Counted from the stretch's first letter, positions 38,163-48,056 are shown. The stretch is 64,000 nucleotides of DNA from Minisyncoccota bacterium (GCA_035627595.1 DASPLK010000001.1:5619-69618); one strand, 5' to 3'. The notes: a model not told the origin generated them from the letters alone. Numbers and translations: made by a program.

Positions 38163-39038
38163 ATGTCACTACCATTCATATATGCACTTCTAAGCGTTCT
38201 TGCGATAAGCCTCGTGTCCCTCATCGGTCTGTTCGGCCTTTCGCTTCGGGAGCGTACGTTGAAGACTTCGCTCTTCGCGCTTGTTTCCCTCGCGGTGGGC
38301 GCGCTTCTTGGAGACGCCTTTATCCACTTAATTCCCGAAGCATTTGCGGAGAGTACGAATGCGCTGTCAGTTTCCCTTGCGATCGTTGCGGGTGTGCTCT
38401 CCTTCTTTGTTATTGAGAAGGTGCTTCACTGGCACCATCATCAGGGCATCGAGGATGTTGAACACGGCACGAAGCCAGTCGGCAAACTCATCCTGATCTC
38501 AGACGGTTTCCACAACTTCATCGACGGCATTATTATCGGCGCAAGCTACCTCGTCTCCCCTGAGGTGGGCGTCGCGACAACGATCGCAGTTATTCTCCAT
38601 GAGATCCCGCAAGAAATTGGCGATTTCGGGGTACTCATCCATGCGGGATTCTCGCGCGCAAAGGCGCTCTGGTATAACTTCATTTCTGCACTTGCTGCAG
38701 TCGCTGGAGCCGTCCTTGTATTCTTCCTAGGTTCGAATGTTGAAGGCATCGTCACATTCATGGTGCCGATTGCCGCAGGAGGATTCATCTACATTGCGCT
38801 CTCCGACCTCATACCGGAATTGCACAACAATGAGGATAAGAGTGCGCGCCATGCTCTGCTCCAGTTCTTCTGGATCATCATCGGCGTACTCCTTATGGTC
38901 CTATTGATCGGCATCGAAGGAGACGGACATGCGCATGGCGACGAGTCGCACACGGAAGAGGTGCATGAGATTGATGGCTCTCTCCACGAAGAAGAGCACG
39001 GTCACGAGCTCGACCTACATCTTGAGGAAGCACACTAA
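38163..39038 (+). CDS. ZIP family zinc transporter with His-rich C-terminal tail
   Basis: HNFIDG, HEIPQEIGD, GGFIYIALSDLIPEL. Confidence 0.95.
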   Translation: MSLPFIYALLSVLAISLVSLIGLFGLSLRERTLKTSLFALVSLAVGALLGDAFIHLIPEAFAESTNALSVSLAIVAGVLSFFVIEKVLHWHHHQGIEDVEHGTKPVGKLILISDGFHNFIDGIIIGASYLVSPEVGVATTIAVILHEIPQEIGDFGVLIHAGFSRAKALWYNFISALAAVAGAVLVFFLGSNVEGIVTFMVPIAAGGFIYIALSDLIPELHNNEDKSARHALLQFFWIIIGVLLMVLLIGIEGDGHAHGDESHTEEVHEIDGSLHEEEHGHELDLHLEEAH

Positions 39039-39039
39039 G

Positions 39040-39066
39040 AAAAAGGCCGGGTATCCCGGCCTTTTT
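39040..39066. terminator. bidirectional terminator
   Basis: AAAAAGGCCGGG-TAT-CCCGGCCTTTTT. Confidence 0.85.
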
Positions 39067-39734
39067 TAGTTCCCCTGTAGGGTCTCGAGCATCCGAAGGA
39101 GTGCTGCGTGTTCGGGAAGCGTCATGATATCAAGCGACGAGTCCGTCCAGCTCATGACATCACGCTCCAGCACCTCGAACCGGAGCACATCGGCGGCACG
39201 CGCAAGATAGTAGACAGTATGCACTTGCGCCTCGAAACGCTCTACCGTGATAGTGCGGTATGAACGCCCAGCAACGGTAGCGAATCCGAACTCCTCTATG
39301 GACTCCGGCTGCATTCCAGAAGGCTCGAGCATTGTGTTCTCGAGCATGACCGCGTCAGCGGTTCCGCCTACCGGTATTTCATAACGGCGCACCACAATCG
39401 CATGTGCAGGCGATCCTTCCATACCTGGCTTCTCAAATGCCGCAATCAAGGTTGGATCACCACCAGGTGCTGCATGATTCTGTGCATATCCCTCCGGAAT
39501 CGCGAATGCTATTCCGATTGAAGAGAGTTCAACGTTCGGAAGTGGGCACGGCGCAAACGCGCAGGTCGGACCAGTCCTTCCAACACTCTGTCCGTCCGGA
39601 CAAAGTTTTGCCTCCATAGTGCAAGCGGTCTCGCCCGGCTGAGGAATCGCATTACGCTCAAGGATGTTCCTGTAGAGGAAGCCGCCGAGTCCGACGACGA
39701 TTATAAGTACGACTCCTGCAATAATCTGCTTCAT
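39066..39734 (-). CDS. membrane-anchored protein with four-cysteine CTMEAKLCPDG motif
   Basis: N-terminal TM and ACTMEAKLCPDGQSVGRTGPTCAFAPCP, a motif recurrent in CPR surface proteins. Confidence 0.7.
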   Translation of the reverse strand: MKQIIAGVVLIIVVGLGGFLYRNILERNAIPQPGETACTMEAKLCPDGQSVGRTGPTCAFAPCPLPNVELSSIGIAFAIPEGYAQNHAAPGGDPTLIAAFEKPGMEGSPAHAIVVRRYEIPVGGTADAVMLENTMLEPSGMQPESIEEFGFATVAGRSYRTITVERFEAQVHTVYYLARAADVLRFEVLERDVMSWTDSSLDIMTLPEHAALLRMLETLQGN

Positions 39735-39737
39735 ATG

Positions 39738-40148
39738 CTATTGAGTTGATTCCTTCTTAAGTGAGTCTCGGATCTCTTCAAGCACCGTGAGCTCGGGGCT
39801 CTTTGGTGCCGGCTCTATCTTCCCTTCTTCTTCGTCCTTCTTTGCTTTCGCGACAAGCGAATTTATCGCCTTCACGAGGAGGAAGAGCGCGAACGCGGTG
39901 ATGATGAAGGTAATGATTGCTTGAATGAAAAGACCGTACTGAATAGTTGCGTCCGTGTTCGGTATCGCGATCGCAAGATCCGCGAAATTAATACCTCGAG
40001 TTAGCAAGGAGAGCGGTGGCGTGATGACATTAGTGACGAGCGAAGTGGTTATCGCATTGAACGCAGCGCCGATTACAACACCGACTGCCAGATCGATAGC
40101 ATTGCCGCGGAGGGCGAACTTCTTGAATTCATCGAAAAAGGATTTCAT
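39738..40148 (-). CDS. mscL: large-conductance mechanosensitive channel
   Basis: EFKKFALRGNAIDLAVGVVIGAAF, LEEIRDSL. Confidence 0.96.
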   Translation of the reverse strand: MKSFFDEFKKFALRGNAIDLAVGVVIGAAFNAITTSLVTNVITPPLSLLTRGINFADLAIAIPNTDATIQYGLFIQAIITFIITAFALFLLVKAINSLVAKAKKDEEEGKIEPAPKSPELTVLEEIRDSLKKESTQ

Positions 40149-40213
40149 ACCGGGAGTATAGCAAAAGGGCGGGACCAAAAGGATCCCGCCCTCATCTGCA
40201 CGCCGCGGCCGAA

Positions 40214-40750
40214 CTAGGCAGCGAGCTTCTGCGTCGGGGTGCCGGTCAGCTGGCGCCACCCTCTCTCCCCGTCCTGCCTGTAGAACAGGAGGTCGGAAAG
40301 CGAAAGTGCCGTTTGAGGCAGCACCAGATTATGCGGCGATTCGGTCGCCATCGCGTACGCCTGAGCAATCGCCCCGGGCACGCACGACGTCAGGAGCGGC
40401 ACGTAGGCGGGCGTATCCATCAGGTCAGCAGACGGGCAGGACTCCATCGCGATTCCCTGCAGACGTTCAATGAGCGAGTCGGCGCCACTGAACTCTACCG
40501 CCAGGAACGTGCCCCGATTGGAAAACCCAGACGGGATGATGGCCGAGGCCGGCAGCTTCTTGAACTGGTCTGACAGCTTCTCGATGTCGTGCGGCTGCAG
40601 ACGCGTCGTAATGCAGACCGGAATCCACGAGTACCAGCGTTGGTCGTAGTTCTGACTGCCCAGCTCTGCCATGAGCTTGCTGCGGGCGGTCGAAATGACC
40701 TCGATATGGCGTGCCGGGACCCCAAGCGCAATTGCAAAGGTACTATTCAT
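40214..40750 (-). CDS. degenerate 2H-phosphoesterase (LigT-like) hypothetical protein
   Basis: Size and layout resemble the 2H fold, but both HxT motifs appear substituted; strong SD GAGGAGG. Confidence 0.45.
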   Translation of the reverse strand: MNSTFAIALGVPARHIEVISTARSKLMAELGSQNYDQRWYSWIPVCITTRLQPHDIEKLSDQFKKLPASAIIPSGFSNRGTFLAVEFSGADSLIERLQGIAMESCPSADLMDTPAYVPLLTSCVPGAIAQAYAMATESPHNLVLPQTALSLSDLLFYRQDGERGWRQLTGTPTQKLAA

Positions 40751-40843
40751 TCTCTATGCCTCCTCACCTAAAATAGAGATGACGTGATACTAGCCCTAAA
40801 AGAAATGGCCGTCCACCCATGAACGGCCATTTCTTTATCTTTG

Positions 40844-40916
40844 GGCGACTACCGGGAATCGAACCCGAATCGACAGGACCACAACCTGTAGTGTTAACCG
40901 TTACACCATAGCCGCC
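40844..40916 (-). tRNA. tRNA-His(GTG)
   Basis: Cloverleaf with G-1, anticodon loop TTGTGGT, T-loop TTCGATT. Confidence 0.95.
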
Positions 40917-40948
40917 ATGAACTCGCTTCTTATACCACGCGACGCGCT

Positions 40949-41518
40949 CTAACGGTAGCTCGGATTCTCTTCAGGTACGCCCTGGGACGCGTTTGCGAGT
41001 CGTGCGAGCGCAAACAAGAGGGACGAGAGCCGGTTCGCGTATGCCCTCGACGGATCCGAAATCTTTCGAAGTCCCAACTCATGCACCCCGACCAAGCGGC
41101 GTTCGGAGCGACGGGAGAGCGTGCGTGCAACATCGAGCATCGCGGACAGTTCGGTGCCACCAGCGATCGAGAATGATACGACCGGTGGAATAGCCGTCTC
41201 GATGGTATTAACCAACGTCTCGACTTGGGTCACCTTCGTCTTTCTAACCTTCTTGGGCGCGCCGGCAACCTCTGCCTGGATGATGAAAAGGGTCTCTTGC
41301 ACGTCGTGAAGAATTACAGAGGTCTTGTGCGTCTTCTTCCCTACCGTGATCGTTGGATCGATGCCATCACGAGCGCGTATTTTGCAGAACCCCAAGAACG
41401 CATTCAATTCATCCAACGTGCCAAGGCACTCCGGTACTTCGGATGATTTAGAAATACGGCTCTGGTTACACCCGAAGGTCTTAGTGGTGCCGTTGTCGCC
41501 TTTGCCGGTATAGAGCAT
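40949..41518 (-). CDS. pduO: PduO-type ATP:cob(I)alamin adenosyltransferase
   Basis: LYTGKGDNGTT, GTLDELNA, ARTLSRRSER, NRLSSLLFALAR. Confidence 0.92.
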   Translation of the reverse strand: MLYTGKGDNGTTKTFGCNQSRISKSSEVPECLGTLDELNAFLGFCKIRARDGIDPTITVGKKTHKTSVILHDVQETLFIIQAEVAGAPKKVRKTKVTQVETLVNTIETAIPPVVSFSIAGGTELSAMLDVARTLSRRSERRLVGVHELGLRKISDPSRAYANRLSSLLFALARLANASQGVPEENPSYR

Positions 41519-41536
41519 AGGACTTCAAAGATCTCC

Positions 41537-41959
41537 CTACTGCCAGAGCGTAAGAATGACCGCTGCAATAAGAAGCGCAACAAAGTTCTCCGCAATATGA
41601 AAGAGGAAAAGCTTCCAGTCTCCATCCTCAAACAGGACATCGTTTGCTTTAAGCGGAACGGTAAATCCGATCCAGACGAGAAGCGCGAGCATGAATGCTC
41701 CGCCAATACCGATAGGGCTGAGGAGTCGCACAAGAAGCGCGAGCACGAATGCAGTCACAAGCGCGCCGAGTGCCGCGAGCGCCATTGCTTTCTTCGCGCT
41801 TATCTTCATGTTCTTTACGCTCTCCGGCGTATATCCCTTGAGCTTCATCCAGTGCTTGCCGAACGCCGGGCCGTACCATAGCGCGCCGGTGCCCATGATG
41901 AGAACTGCGGCGAGGAGGACGGAGAGGTAATTGATAGCGACATCCATGAGAAATTCCAT
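41537..41959 (-). CDS. DUF1761 family membrane protein
   Basis: INYLSVLLAA...GALWYGP.FGK.W. Confidence 0.85.
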   Translation of the reverse strand: MEFLMDVAINYLSVLLAAVLIMGTGALWYGPAFGKHWMKLKGYTPESVKNMKISAKKAMALAALGALVTAFVLALLVRLLSPIGIGGAFMLALLVWIGFTVPLKANDVLFEDGDWKLFLFHIAENFVALLIAAVILTLWQ

Positions 41960-42020
41960 TACAGGGTATGGCTCTTAGTATAAACCAATGGCCCCGCAAA
42001 TGCGGGGCCATTGGCGCCGG

Positions 42021-42102
42021 TGCCCAGGAGAGGACTCGAACCTCCACCCCCGAAAGGACATCCACCTCAAGGATGCGTGTATACCAATTTCACCACCTGG
42101 GC
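42021..42102 (-). tRNA. tRNA-Leu(GAG)
   Basis: Cloverleaf with long variable arm, anticodon loop TTGAGGT. Confidence 0.95.
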
Positions 42103-42164
42103 AGGTGTGTCTGGCACTATAGCCGCTTCCCTTCCTTATGACAATAGGAAAAGAGAAAGGAGGC

Positions 42165-42707
42165 TTACGCCTCCTTCTTCTCTTCAGTCTCAGGAGCTGT
42201 CTCCTCGACTGCTGGTGCTTCCGGCTCACCTGCCTTCTCCTCTTCAGGAGCCATCTCGGTGCCGTCTGGTGCCTGTGCAGGATCCTGCTCCATCACCTCT
42301 TCAGGAGTTACCTCCTCCGGCTTCTCCTCCTCCTTGAAGTCATCCGTGGACATCTTCACGAGACGCATGTTGCGGAGCTGGCGGCGTACCTCACGTGCGA
42401 CCTTTTCGCGGATGAAGTAGAGCTTCGCGCGGCGGACCTTCGAGCGACGAACAATCTCGATCTTCTCGATGAACGGTGCGTATAGGGGGAAGATCTTTTC
42501 GACGCCAACACCCGACATGGTCGCGCGGACCGTGAAGGTAGCGCCTGCCTCGGTGCCGTGCTTCACGGCGATGACGAGACCCTCGAACATCTGGACGCGG
42601 GTCTTGCCTTTCTCAACGATTTTCTGGTGGACACGAACGGTATCGCCCGGCTTGATGCCGAGCTTTACACGCTCCTCGGTCCGTACAGGAGTTATCACGT
42701 TTTGCAT
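42165..42707 (-). CDS. rplS: 50S ribosomal protein bL19 with acidic C-terminal extension
   Basis: [35 protein letters not shown]. Confidence 0.97.
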   Translation of the reverse strand: MQNVITPVRTEERVKLGIKPGDTVRVHQKIVEKGKTRVQMFEGLVIAVKHGTEAGATFTVRATMSGVGVEKIFPLYAPFIEKIEIVRRSKVRRAKLYFIREKVAREVRRQLRNMRLVKMSTDDFKEEEKPEEVTPEEVMEQDPAQAPDGTEMAPEEEKAGEPEAPAVEETAPETEEKKEA

Positions 42708-42756
42708 GGGCCAGACTGTACCATAGGGCCTATTTAAACGCAAAAGGCGCCGCGCC

Positions 42757-43494
42757 TTAGGCGCTCCTTAAATACTCAGTTTCCGGGAATTTTTTGACCG
42801 CTTCCGCCATATCTGCCGGGATGGGTGAAGTTATCGAAACCCGCTCCCCGCTTATAAGCGGTATCTCGAGTCCGTAAGCATGGAGCCCGAGCCGAGGAAG
42901 CCCTAGGTCGCACGGACGCTTTGGCGCGTACAGAGAATCGCACACGATCGGATGATGGATCGCTTTCAGATGCACGCGGATCTGGTGCGTTCGGCCGGTA
43001 CGCGGCTTGGCTTCGATGAGGGAGTGGGTACCTATATCGGAAACGACGCGGTAATGCGTGATAGCGTCGCGCATGGTGCCGCGCGCTTTGGGCTGCGCGC
43101 TTCTCAAACGGAAATCCTTTCGAGAGCGGCCAATAGCAAAGTCGATGACGCCCTCGCGCTCTTTAGGCACGCCGTATGTAAATGCGAGATAGGTCTTCTG
43201 TACATCGCGGCTCTTAAACGCTTCCTTTAGGTGTGCGTGTGCCTCCTTAGTCTTACAAAATACGAGAACGCCCGAGGTCTCACGGTCGAGTCGATGCACG
43301 ACGCCGGGACGATGGAGCTCTTTGCCGTTTACCAAATACTGCGTCTCCCCCACCTCTACAGATGCAGGGTATGTGCGCGCGAACCAATCGCTCGCGGTCT
43401 CATCAGTCGTTGTTGCATCCGGATGCGTCATGACGCCTGCGGGCTTATCGACTGCAACTATCTCTTCGTTCTCAAATAGAATCTTGAGGTCCAT
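42757..43494 (-). CDS. RluA family pseudouridine synthase
   Basis: [25 protein letters not shown]. Confidence 0.95.
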   Translation of the reverse strand: MDLKILFENEEIVAVDKPAGVMTHPDATTTDETASDWFARTYPASVEVGETQYLVNGKELHRPGVVHRLDRETSGVLVFCKTKEAHAHLKEAFKSRDVQKTYLAFTYGVPKEREGVIDFAIGRSRKDFRLRSAQPKARGTMRDAITHYRVVSDIGTHSLIEAKPRTGRTHQIRVHLKAIHHPIVCDSLYAPKRPCDLGLPRLGLHAYGLEIPLISGERVSITSPIPADMAEAVKKFPETEYLRSA

Positions 43495-43526
43495 AGGACT
43501 ACGCTAACGCGAACGGTGCCTTTTCG

Positions 43527-44189
43527 CTACTTTCCCATCCGCCGCTCGCGCTTTTGAAACTCAGCGAGCATGCTGAGAAGTTCTTCCTTTTCGAAATCCG
43601 GCCAGAGCGTATCAGTGAACATAAGCTCGCTGTACGCGCTGCCCCAGGTAAGAAAATTAGAGAGTCGCATCTCTCCGCCTGTCCGGATAATGAGGTCCGG
43701 ATCAAGAAGCCCTTTGCTCCACATCGCTTCCTTAAGCGAGTCTTCTGTCACTTCTTTTCCGGCCAGCTTCCTCGCCGCATCAAGTATTTCGGCACGTCCG
43801 CCATACGAGAGCGCGATAATAAGCGTGCTGCGCCCATTACCCTTCGTGCGCGCTTCTACTCCCTGCATCTTTCTTCTGAACATAGGCGAAAACCGCTCGC
43901 TCTCGCCAATGAAGCGTATGCAAATCCCATCCTCCTCCAGTTCCTGTAGACCCTCTGAAAGCACGTGCTCAAGCAGTTGCATGAGGTACGACACCTCCGC
44001 CTCGCTCCTGTTCCAGTTCTCGGTTGAGAACGCATAGACCGTAAGCTCCCGCACACCCGCTTCTCGCGCCCAACGAGCCACTTCCTTCAGCTTTTCGAAT
44101 CCATGCTTATGACCATCCATACTCAATAGGCCGTGCGCTTTCGCCCAGCGACGATTGCCGTCCATGATGATGCCAACCGCATCAGGCAT
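43527..44189 (-). CDS. uppS: undecaprenyl diphosphate synthase
   Basis: IIMDGNRRWA, YAFSTENW, DLIIRTGGEMRLSNFL. Confidence 0.97.
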   Translation of the reverse strand: MPDAVGIIMDGNRRWAKAHGLLSMDGHKHGFEKLKEVARWAREAGVRELTVYAFSTENWNRSEAEVSYLMQLLEHVLSEGLQELEEDGICIRFIGESERFSPMFRRKMQGVEARTKGNGRSTLIIALSYGGRAEILDAARKLAGKEVTEDSLKEAMWSKGLLDPDLIIRTGGEMRLSNFLTWGSAYSELMFTDTLWPDFEKEELLSMLAEFQKRERRMGK

Positions 44190-44457
44190 AAGTAATGGAA
44201 AACTTTGTGTACTGCCCGATCGCCGGAGACCAGCTGACAGCGACATTCTCTACGTTCGCGAGCAAGGGACCACGATGCAGTTTCTCGATATAACGCTCCA
44301 ATTTTTTGTGCTCCCCTTCCGCTGTGACGCGCACCGTGCCGTCTGGAAGATTCATAACTTCACCCACGAGTTTCAGGCCGCGCGCCTTCCGCTGGGCAAA
44401 ATCCCGATACATAACCATCTGCACCCTGCCTGATACGATTGCCTCAATCCGCTCCAT
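44182..44457 (-). CDS. acyP: acylphosphatase
   Basis: VSGRVQMVMYR, GEVMNLPDGTV, GP.LA.V. Confidence 0.9.
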   Translation of the reverse strand: MERIEAIVSGRVQMVMYRDFAQRKARGLKLVGEVMNLPDGTVRVTAEGEHKKLERYIEKLHRGPLLANVENVAVSWSPAIGQYTKFSITYA

Positions 44458-44531
44458 AGATAGATAGAACCAGAGCATAGCGCACTGGGTTACTTTAAAA
44501 ACGTGAAGAAGTGCGTTAAGGTATTCCCGAT

Positions 44532-44604
44532 GCGCGCTTAGCTCAGTTGGTAGAGCACCCCGTTTACACCGGGATGGTCGGGGGTTCGAGTCCCTCAGCG
44601 CGCA
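44532..44604 (+). tRNA. tRNA-Val(TAC)
   Basis: Cloverleaf, anticodon loop TTTACAC. Confidence 0.95.
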
Positions 44605-44645
44605 CCGATAGAAAAAGGACGCATTTATGCGTCCTTTTTCATTTG

Positions 44646-44727
44646 TGCGCATGAGAGGACTCGAACCTCCAAGGATTGCTCCATACGCTTCTGAGGCGTA
44701 CGCGTATACCAATTCCGCCACATGCGC
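44646..44727 (-). tRNA. tRNA-Leu(CAG)
   Basis: Cloverleaf with variable arm, anticodon loop CTCAGAA. Confidence 0.95.
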
Positions 44728-44760
44728 AGCTTTCAGAGAATATACCAGAACGAAATGCTG

Positions 44761-44832
44761 TGCCCCCACCAGGAATCGAACCTAGATCAAGAGCTTAGAA
44801 GTCTCCTGCTTTATCCATTAAGCTATAGGGGC
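44761..44832 (-). tRNA. tRNA-Arg(TCT)
   Basis: Cloverleaf, anticodon loop CTTCTAA, one mismatch in the anticodon stem. Confidence 0.9.
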
Positions 44833-44851
44833 ATTAGGTAGCTTAGCTAGC

Positions 44852-45160
44852 CTAGAGCGAAGGGTCAACGAACTGGTACTCACTCTGGAACCGTTGTGCT
44901 TCGGCGGCCCTCTCAGCAAACAACGCCTCCGTCTCTTTTAGCGCCTCTGGCGAGATTGTGTTTGAAGTCGTTGGGAGGTTCAAGATTGGATCAGCCTTAG
45001 CCCCTTCCAGATACTCCCAGGTCGCAAAGACCGCAAGTCCAGCGAGAAGGACAATCGTAGAGACGACAAGTACGACCCAATCGCGCGCAGGTCGTACCCG
45101 TGATCCGTAGGAGATGCGCGGGAGCGAGGTGAGCTTGGGATTTAGTGAGGAAAGGTTCAT
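44852..45160 (-). CDS. single-TM hypothetical protein in the pil operon
   Basis: Overlaps the pilO-like stop codon; PARDW plus TM; ends in DPS. Confidence 0.65.
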   Translation of the reverse strand: MNLSSLNPKLTSLPRISYGSRVRPARDWVVLVVSTIVLLAGLAVFATWEYLEGAKADPILNLPTTSNTISPEALKETEALFAERAAEAQRFQSEYQFVDPSL

Positions 45161-45681
45161 GGTGCTAGTTCGGTACCTACCGTAAAGTTTGCTGCTGCGG
45201 TCCACGCAGCGCCCTCCGCGTCTGTAGCGTCGAGTGAGATGTTCGTGAGAGTGATGTCATATGGCGCGAACTCGAGCGTTCCCACGGTGCGCATCACTGC
45301 TTCGAATGAGCCGCGCACCTGCAACGCGAGCGAAAGCATCGTGCGCCCAGTCTCAGCCGTATCCTCATTCACACTTACCACCGATACATCCGCGCCAAAT
45401 GCATCACCTGCGGTCCCCACGCTTTCAAGAAATGAGACGGCTGCAGTCGCGGGAACAAAGTAACCTTTTATACGCGCCTCGCTTTCGGTAAGTACTGAAA
45501 GCGCGCTCTGCGCCTCGTGTATGTTCATGAGCTCCGCGTTCTTCTGCTGCGCCTCCGTCTCTGCAGAGACGATGCGCGACCCAATGCCCTCCACATGGAG
45601 GTACGAAAATACGTAGGCAGCCACTGATGCGATCAAGAAGAGAGCGGCTATGGAGAGCTGGGTTAGTACGGCGTTCTTCAT
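45157..45681 (-). CDS. PilO-like pilus assembly protein
   Basis: TM, coiled coil, and GSFEAVMRTVGTLEFAPY ferredoxin-like core. Confidence 0.7.
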   Translation of the reverse strand: MKNAVLTQLSIAALFLIASVAAYVFSYLHVEGIGSRIVSAETEAQQKNAELMNIHEAQSALSVLTESEARIKGYFVPATAAVSFLESVGTAGDAFGADVSVVSVNEDTAETGRTMLSLALQVRGSFEAVMRTVGTLEFAPYDITLTNISLDATDAEGAAWTAAANFTVGTELAP

Positions 45682-46235
45682 GGCGTAAAGGGTCCTGTGA
45701 GGGTGATGATGAACTCGAGGTCGATCTCCTTCGCATACGTACTGATCGGCAGATTGGTTGCCTCGATGAATGGAAGAGCTGCGAGCGCCTGATCGTAGTT
45801 CTGAAGTGCGCTTCTTGTTCCCGCGGTGCCCGAGATATTCATGGTATGCGTGCCGTCTGGCGAAGGTGTGAACGCGATGTGCGTGATTCGTATATCCTCG
45901 TGCGGCACAGCGAGCACGGCGCGTACAGCGCTTGTCCCCGAGGACTGCGTCTTAAGCCGCGATAGATGTTCTACATCGTCTGAAAGACGCGTCAGGCGCT
46001 CCCCTACTTCTTTCTCCTGTGCGTTATCAAGTAGCGCATTCAGGCGCGCAAGATCTGCTTCTTTCACGCGGAGCTCCTGGCTGAACGCAAGGTATGGCGG
46101 TACGAGCATCGCAGCACCCATCAAGATTGCCACACCAAAAAGTGAGAGCGTGACGGTCGCCAAGCGCATGAAGTACTCACGCGTGAACGCGCGGCGCTTT
46201 TCAGGGGGGAGCAGATTGGTTAGTTCACGGGACAT
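45678..46235 (-). CDS. PilN-like pilus assembly protein
   Basis: N-terminal NLLP PilM-binding motif, TM, coiled coil, ISGTA. Confidence 0.8.
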   Translation of the reverse strand: MSRELTNLLPPEKRRAFTREYFMRLATVTLSLFGVAILMGAAMLVPPYLAFSQELRVKEADLARLNALLDNAQEKEVGERLTRLSDDVEHLSRLKTQSSGTSAVRAVLAVPHEDIRITHIAFTPSPDGTHTMNISGTAGTRSALQNYDQALAALPFIEATNLPISTYAKEIDLEFIITLTGPFTP

Positions 46236-47298
46236 ATTCTCTCAGCGCAAGGCCGATTGCTGTGCCATAGGCCAAAGACCCCATGTAATCGACTGGCGGC
46301 AGCCACTCATCGCGCGACGCCATGTTTGTAAATACGTCCCCGAGTTCGACCGGCAGCTTCAGGGATGCCTCAAGATATTCCGGAAGGCCGCGCACGGTCG
46401 CGTTGCCGCCCACCAATATCACGCGCGTTACTTTATCGGTTGCGCGATCCTGCCAATACTGGAGACGTCGCGCGATCTCTTCGCGCACGGCAGAAACGGT
46501 CGAGAGCATCGCTGCGACGTACTCGTCATTCCCCTCGCCACCCATAAGCCCCTTCTCCGCTTTCACTTTTTTTGCTTCCTCCTCGGTCACTCCGAAGTAC
46601 TTCTGCACCGCGAGCGTGAGCGCATGACCGCCAATATCCAGCGTGGTTGTGAAGCGCGGCATGCGGCAGCTAACCACCATAAGCTTCGTCGTCGTACGGC
46701 CGATGTCGATAATAAGCACCGTCTCCTTATCGCCATGCGGCAGGAGCGCGCGCGCAAGCGCGAACGTCTCGCCTTCCATGGCACGCACGCGTATGCCGGC
46801 AGCGTCCATGATTTCAAGAAGCTCATCCACCACGCGGCGCGCGTACCCAACGCCAACAACCTGTGTCTCTGCACCCTGCATCGCTAGTGGCGCGATGTCG
46901 AATATGGTCTCTGCAGGCGGCAACGGCACATACTCATCTATCCGCTGCTCGGCTGCAGTGCGCATCTCGCTTGGTGTTATGCCTGGCACTGTCGCTTCGA
47001 ACAAATATCCGCGGCTCTCCGAGAGCGCGATGTTCGCGAAGCGAACATGGTATTTCTTTGCGAGCGCTGAGAGTGTATCGACGACCTTCTGCTTATCCGC
47101 AATTTCGCCACCTGTCACTATTCCCTCCGGAAGACGCACTTCTGCAAACTGAGATAGCTCAAGCCCATGCAGTCGTTCCTTGAGAAGGACCATCTTTATA
47201 CCGCTTGCAGAAATATCAATGCCAGCAGTTGGCAGAGAGAGGTATGACGGCGGCGGAAACTCGACGCGCGCAAGACGTTTAAGGTCGATGCGTGACAT
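46225..47298 (-). CDS. pilM: type IV pilus assembly protein PilM
   Basis: GIDIS, IDIGRTTT, IGGHALT, LVGGNA, AIGLALR actin-like motifs. Confidence 0.9.
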   Translation of the reverse strand: MSRIDLKRLARVEFPPPSYLSLPTAGIDISASGIKMVLLKERLHGLELSQFAEVRLPEGIVTGGEIADKQKVVDTLSALAKKYHVRFANIALSESRGYLFEATVPGITPSEMRTAAEQRIDEYVPLPPAETIFDIAPLAMQGAETQVVGVGYARRVVDELLEIMDAAGIRVRAMEGETFALARALLPHGDKETVLIIDIGRTTTKLMVVSCRMPRFTTTLDIGGHALTLAVQKYFGVTEEEAKKVKAEKGLMGGEGNDEYVAAMLSTVSAVREEIARRLQYWQDRATDKVTRVILVGGNATVRGLPEYLEASLKLPVELGDVFTNMASRDEWLPPVDYMGSLAYGTAIGLALREYVP

Positions 47299-47338
47299 TA
47301 CCTACAGAGTATAGCGTGCTCGTGTATATGAAGTCGTG

Positions 47339-47665
47339 CTAATTCGCACTTGTGCCGGGTGGTACGGGCTGCTCTGGAATAAGAAATGCAAATGATTCCC
47401 CCTGCCCTACCGCAAATAGCATGCCGTTTGATTCTAGCCCCATGAGTTTCCGAGGCGAGAGATTCGTCACAAAGGGCAGCTGCTTACCGATAAGGTCTTC
47501 CGGTTCGCTGATGTACGCCTGGATGCCTGAAACGATCTGTCGCGGCTCTTCTTCACCAAGATCAACCATGAGCCGCACGAGCTTCTCGCTTTCTGGCACG
47601 CGCTCAGCGGAGATTATGGTGCCTATCTTTACTTCTACCTTTGAAAACTCATCGTAGCTGATCAT
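47339..47665 (-). CDS. stand-alone tRNA-binding OB-fold protein (MetRS C-terminal/Trbp111-like)
   Basis: ISYDEFSKVEVKIG, RQIVSGI, NLSPRKLMGLESNGML. Confidence 0.9.
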   Translation of the reverse strand: MISYDEFSKVEVKIGTIISAERVPESEKLVRLMVDLGEEEPRQIVSGIQAYISEPEDLIGKQLPFVTNLSPRKLMGLESNGMLFAVGQGESFAFLIPEQPVPPGTSAN

Positions 47666-48056
47666 GGTTCTTTTGCTTATCGAGAAAGCTGGTAAGTATG
47701 AGGGCTGCTGCTGAGGAGTCCACTGCTCCCTTGGTGCGTATTCCCTCGAAGTCGCGGCGCGCTTCCTGCGTCGTGAGCATCTCTGGCTCATAAAAGACTG
47801 TAAGGCCGGTCTCTTCCTCAAGAGCCTTCGCAAACTCACGCGCTTCTTTGGCGACTGGATTCTCCGCGCCTGAGAAGTCGAGCGACTCCCCCATCACAAT
47901 CGCCCCCACCCGCTCGCGTTCGATGAGGTTCTTAACACTTCCAAGAAGGAGCGGGTCGTTCGGAAGTATCGCGTGCGGAAATCCCATGACTCCCGCATCG
48001 TCCGAAAGCGCAATACCCACACGCTTGGTGCCGTAGTCGATGCCGAGATGCTTCAT
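47649..48056 (-). CDS. ruvX: YqgF/RuvX family nuclease
   Basis: LGIDYGTKRVGIALSD, E.LTT..A, VDSSAAALIL. Confidence 0.93.
   Translation of the reverse strand: MKHLGIDYGTKRVGIALSDDAGVMGFPHAILPNDPLLLGSVKNLIERERVGAIVMGESLDFSGAENPVAKEAREFAKALEEETGLTVFYEPEMLTTQEARRDFEGIRTKGAVDSSAAALILTSFLDKQKNHDQLR

Noticed and set aside
44458-44769. N-terminal extension of acylphosphatase in the 195-aa track ORF
   Set aside because: It overlaps tRNA genes; the real start is ATG 44457
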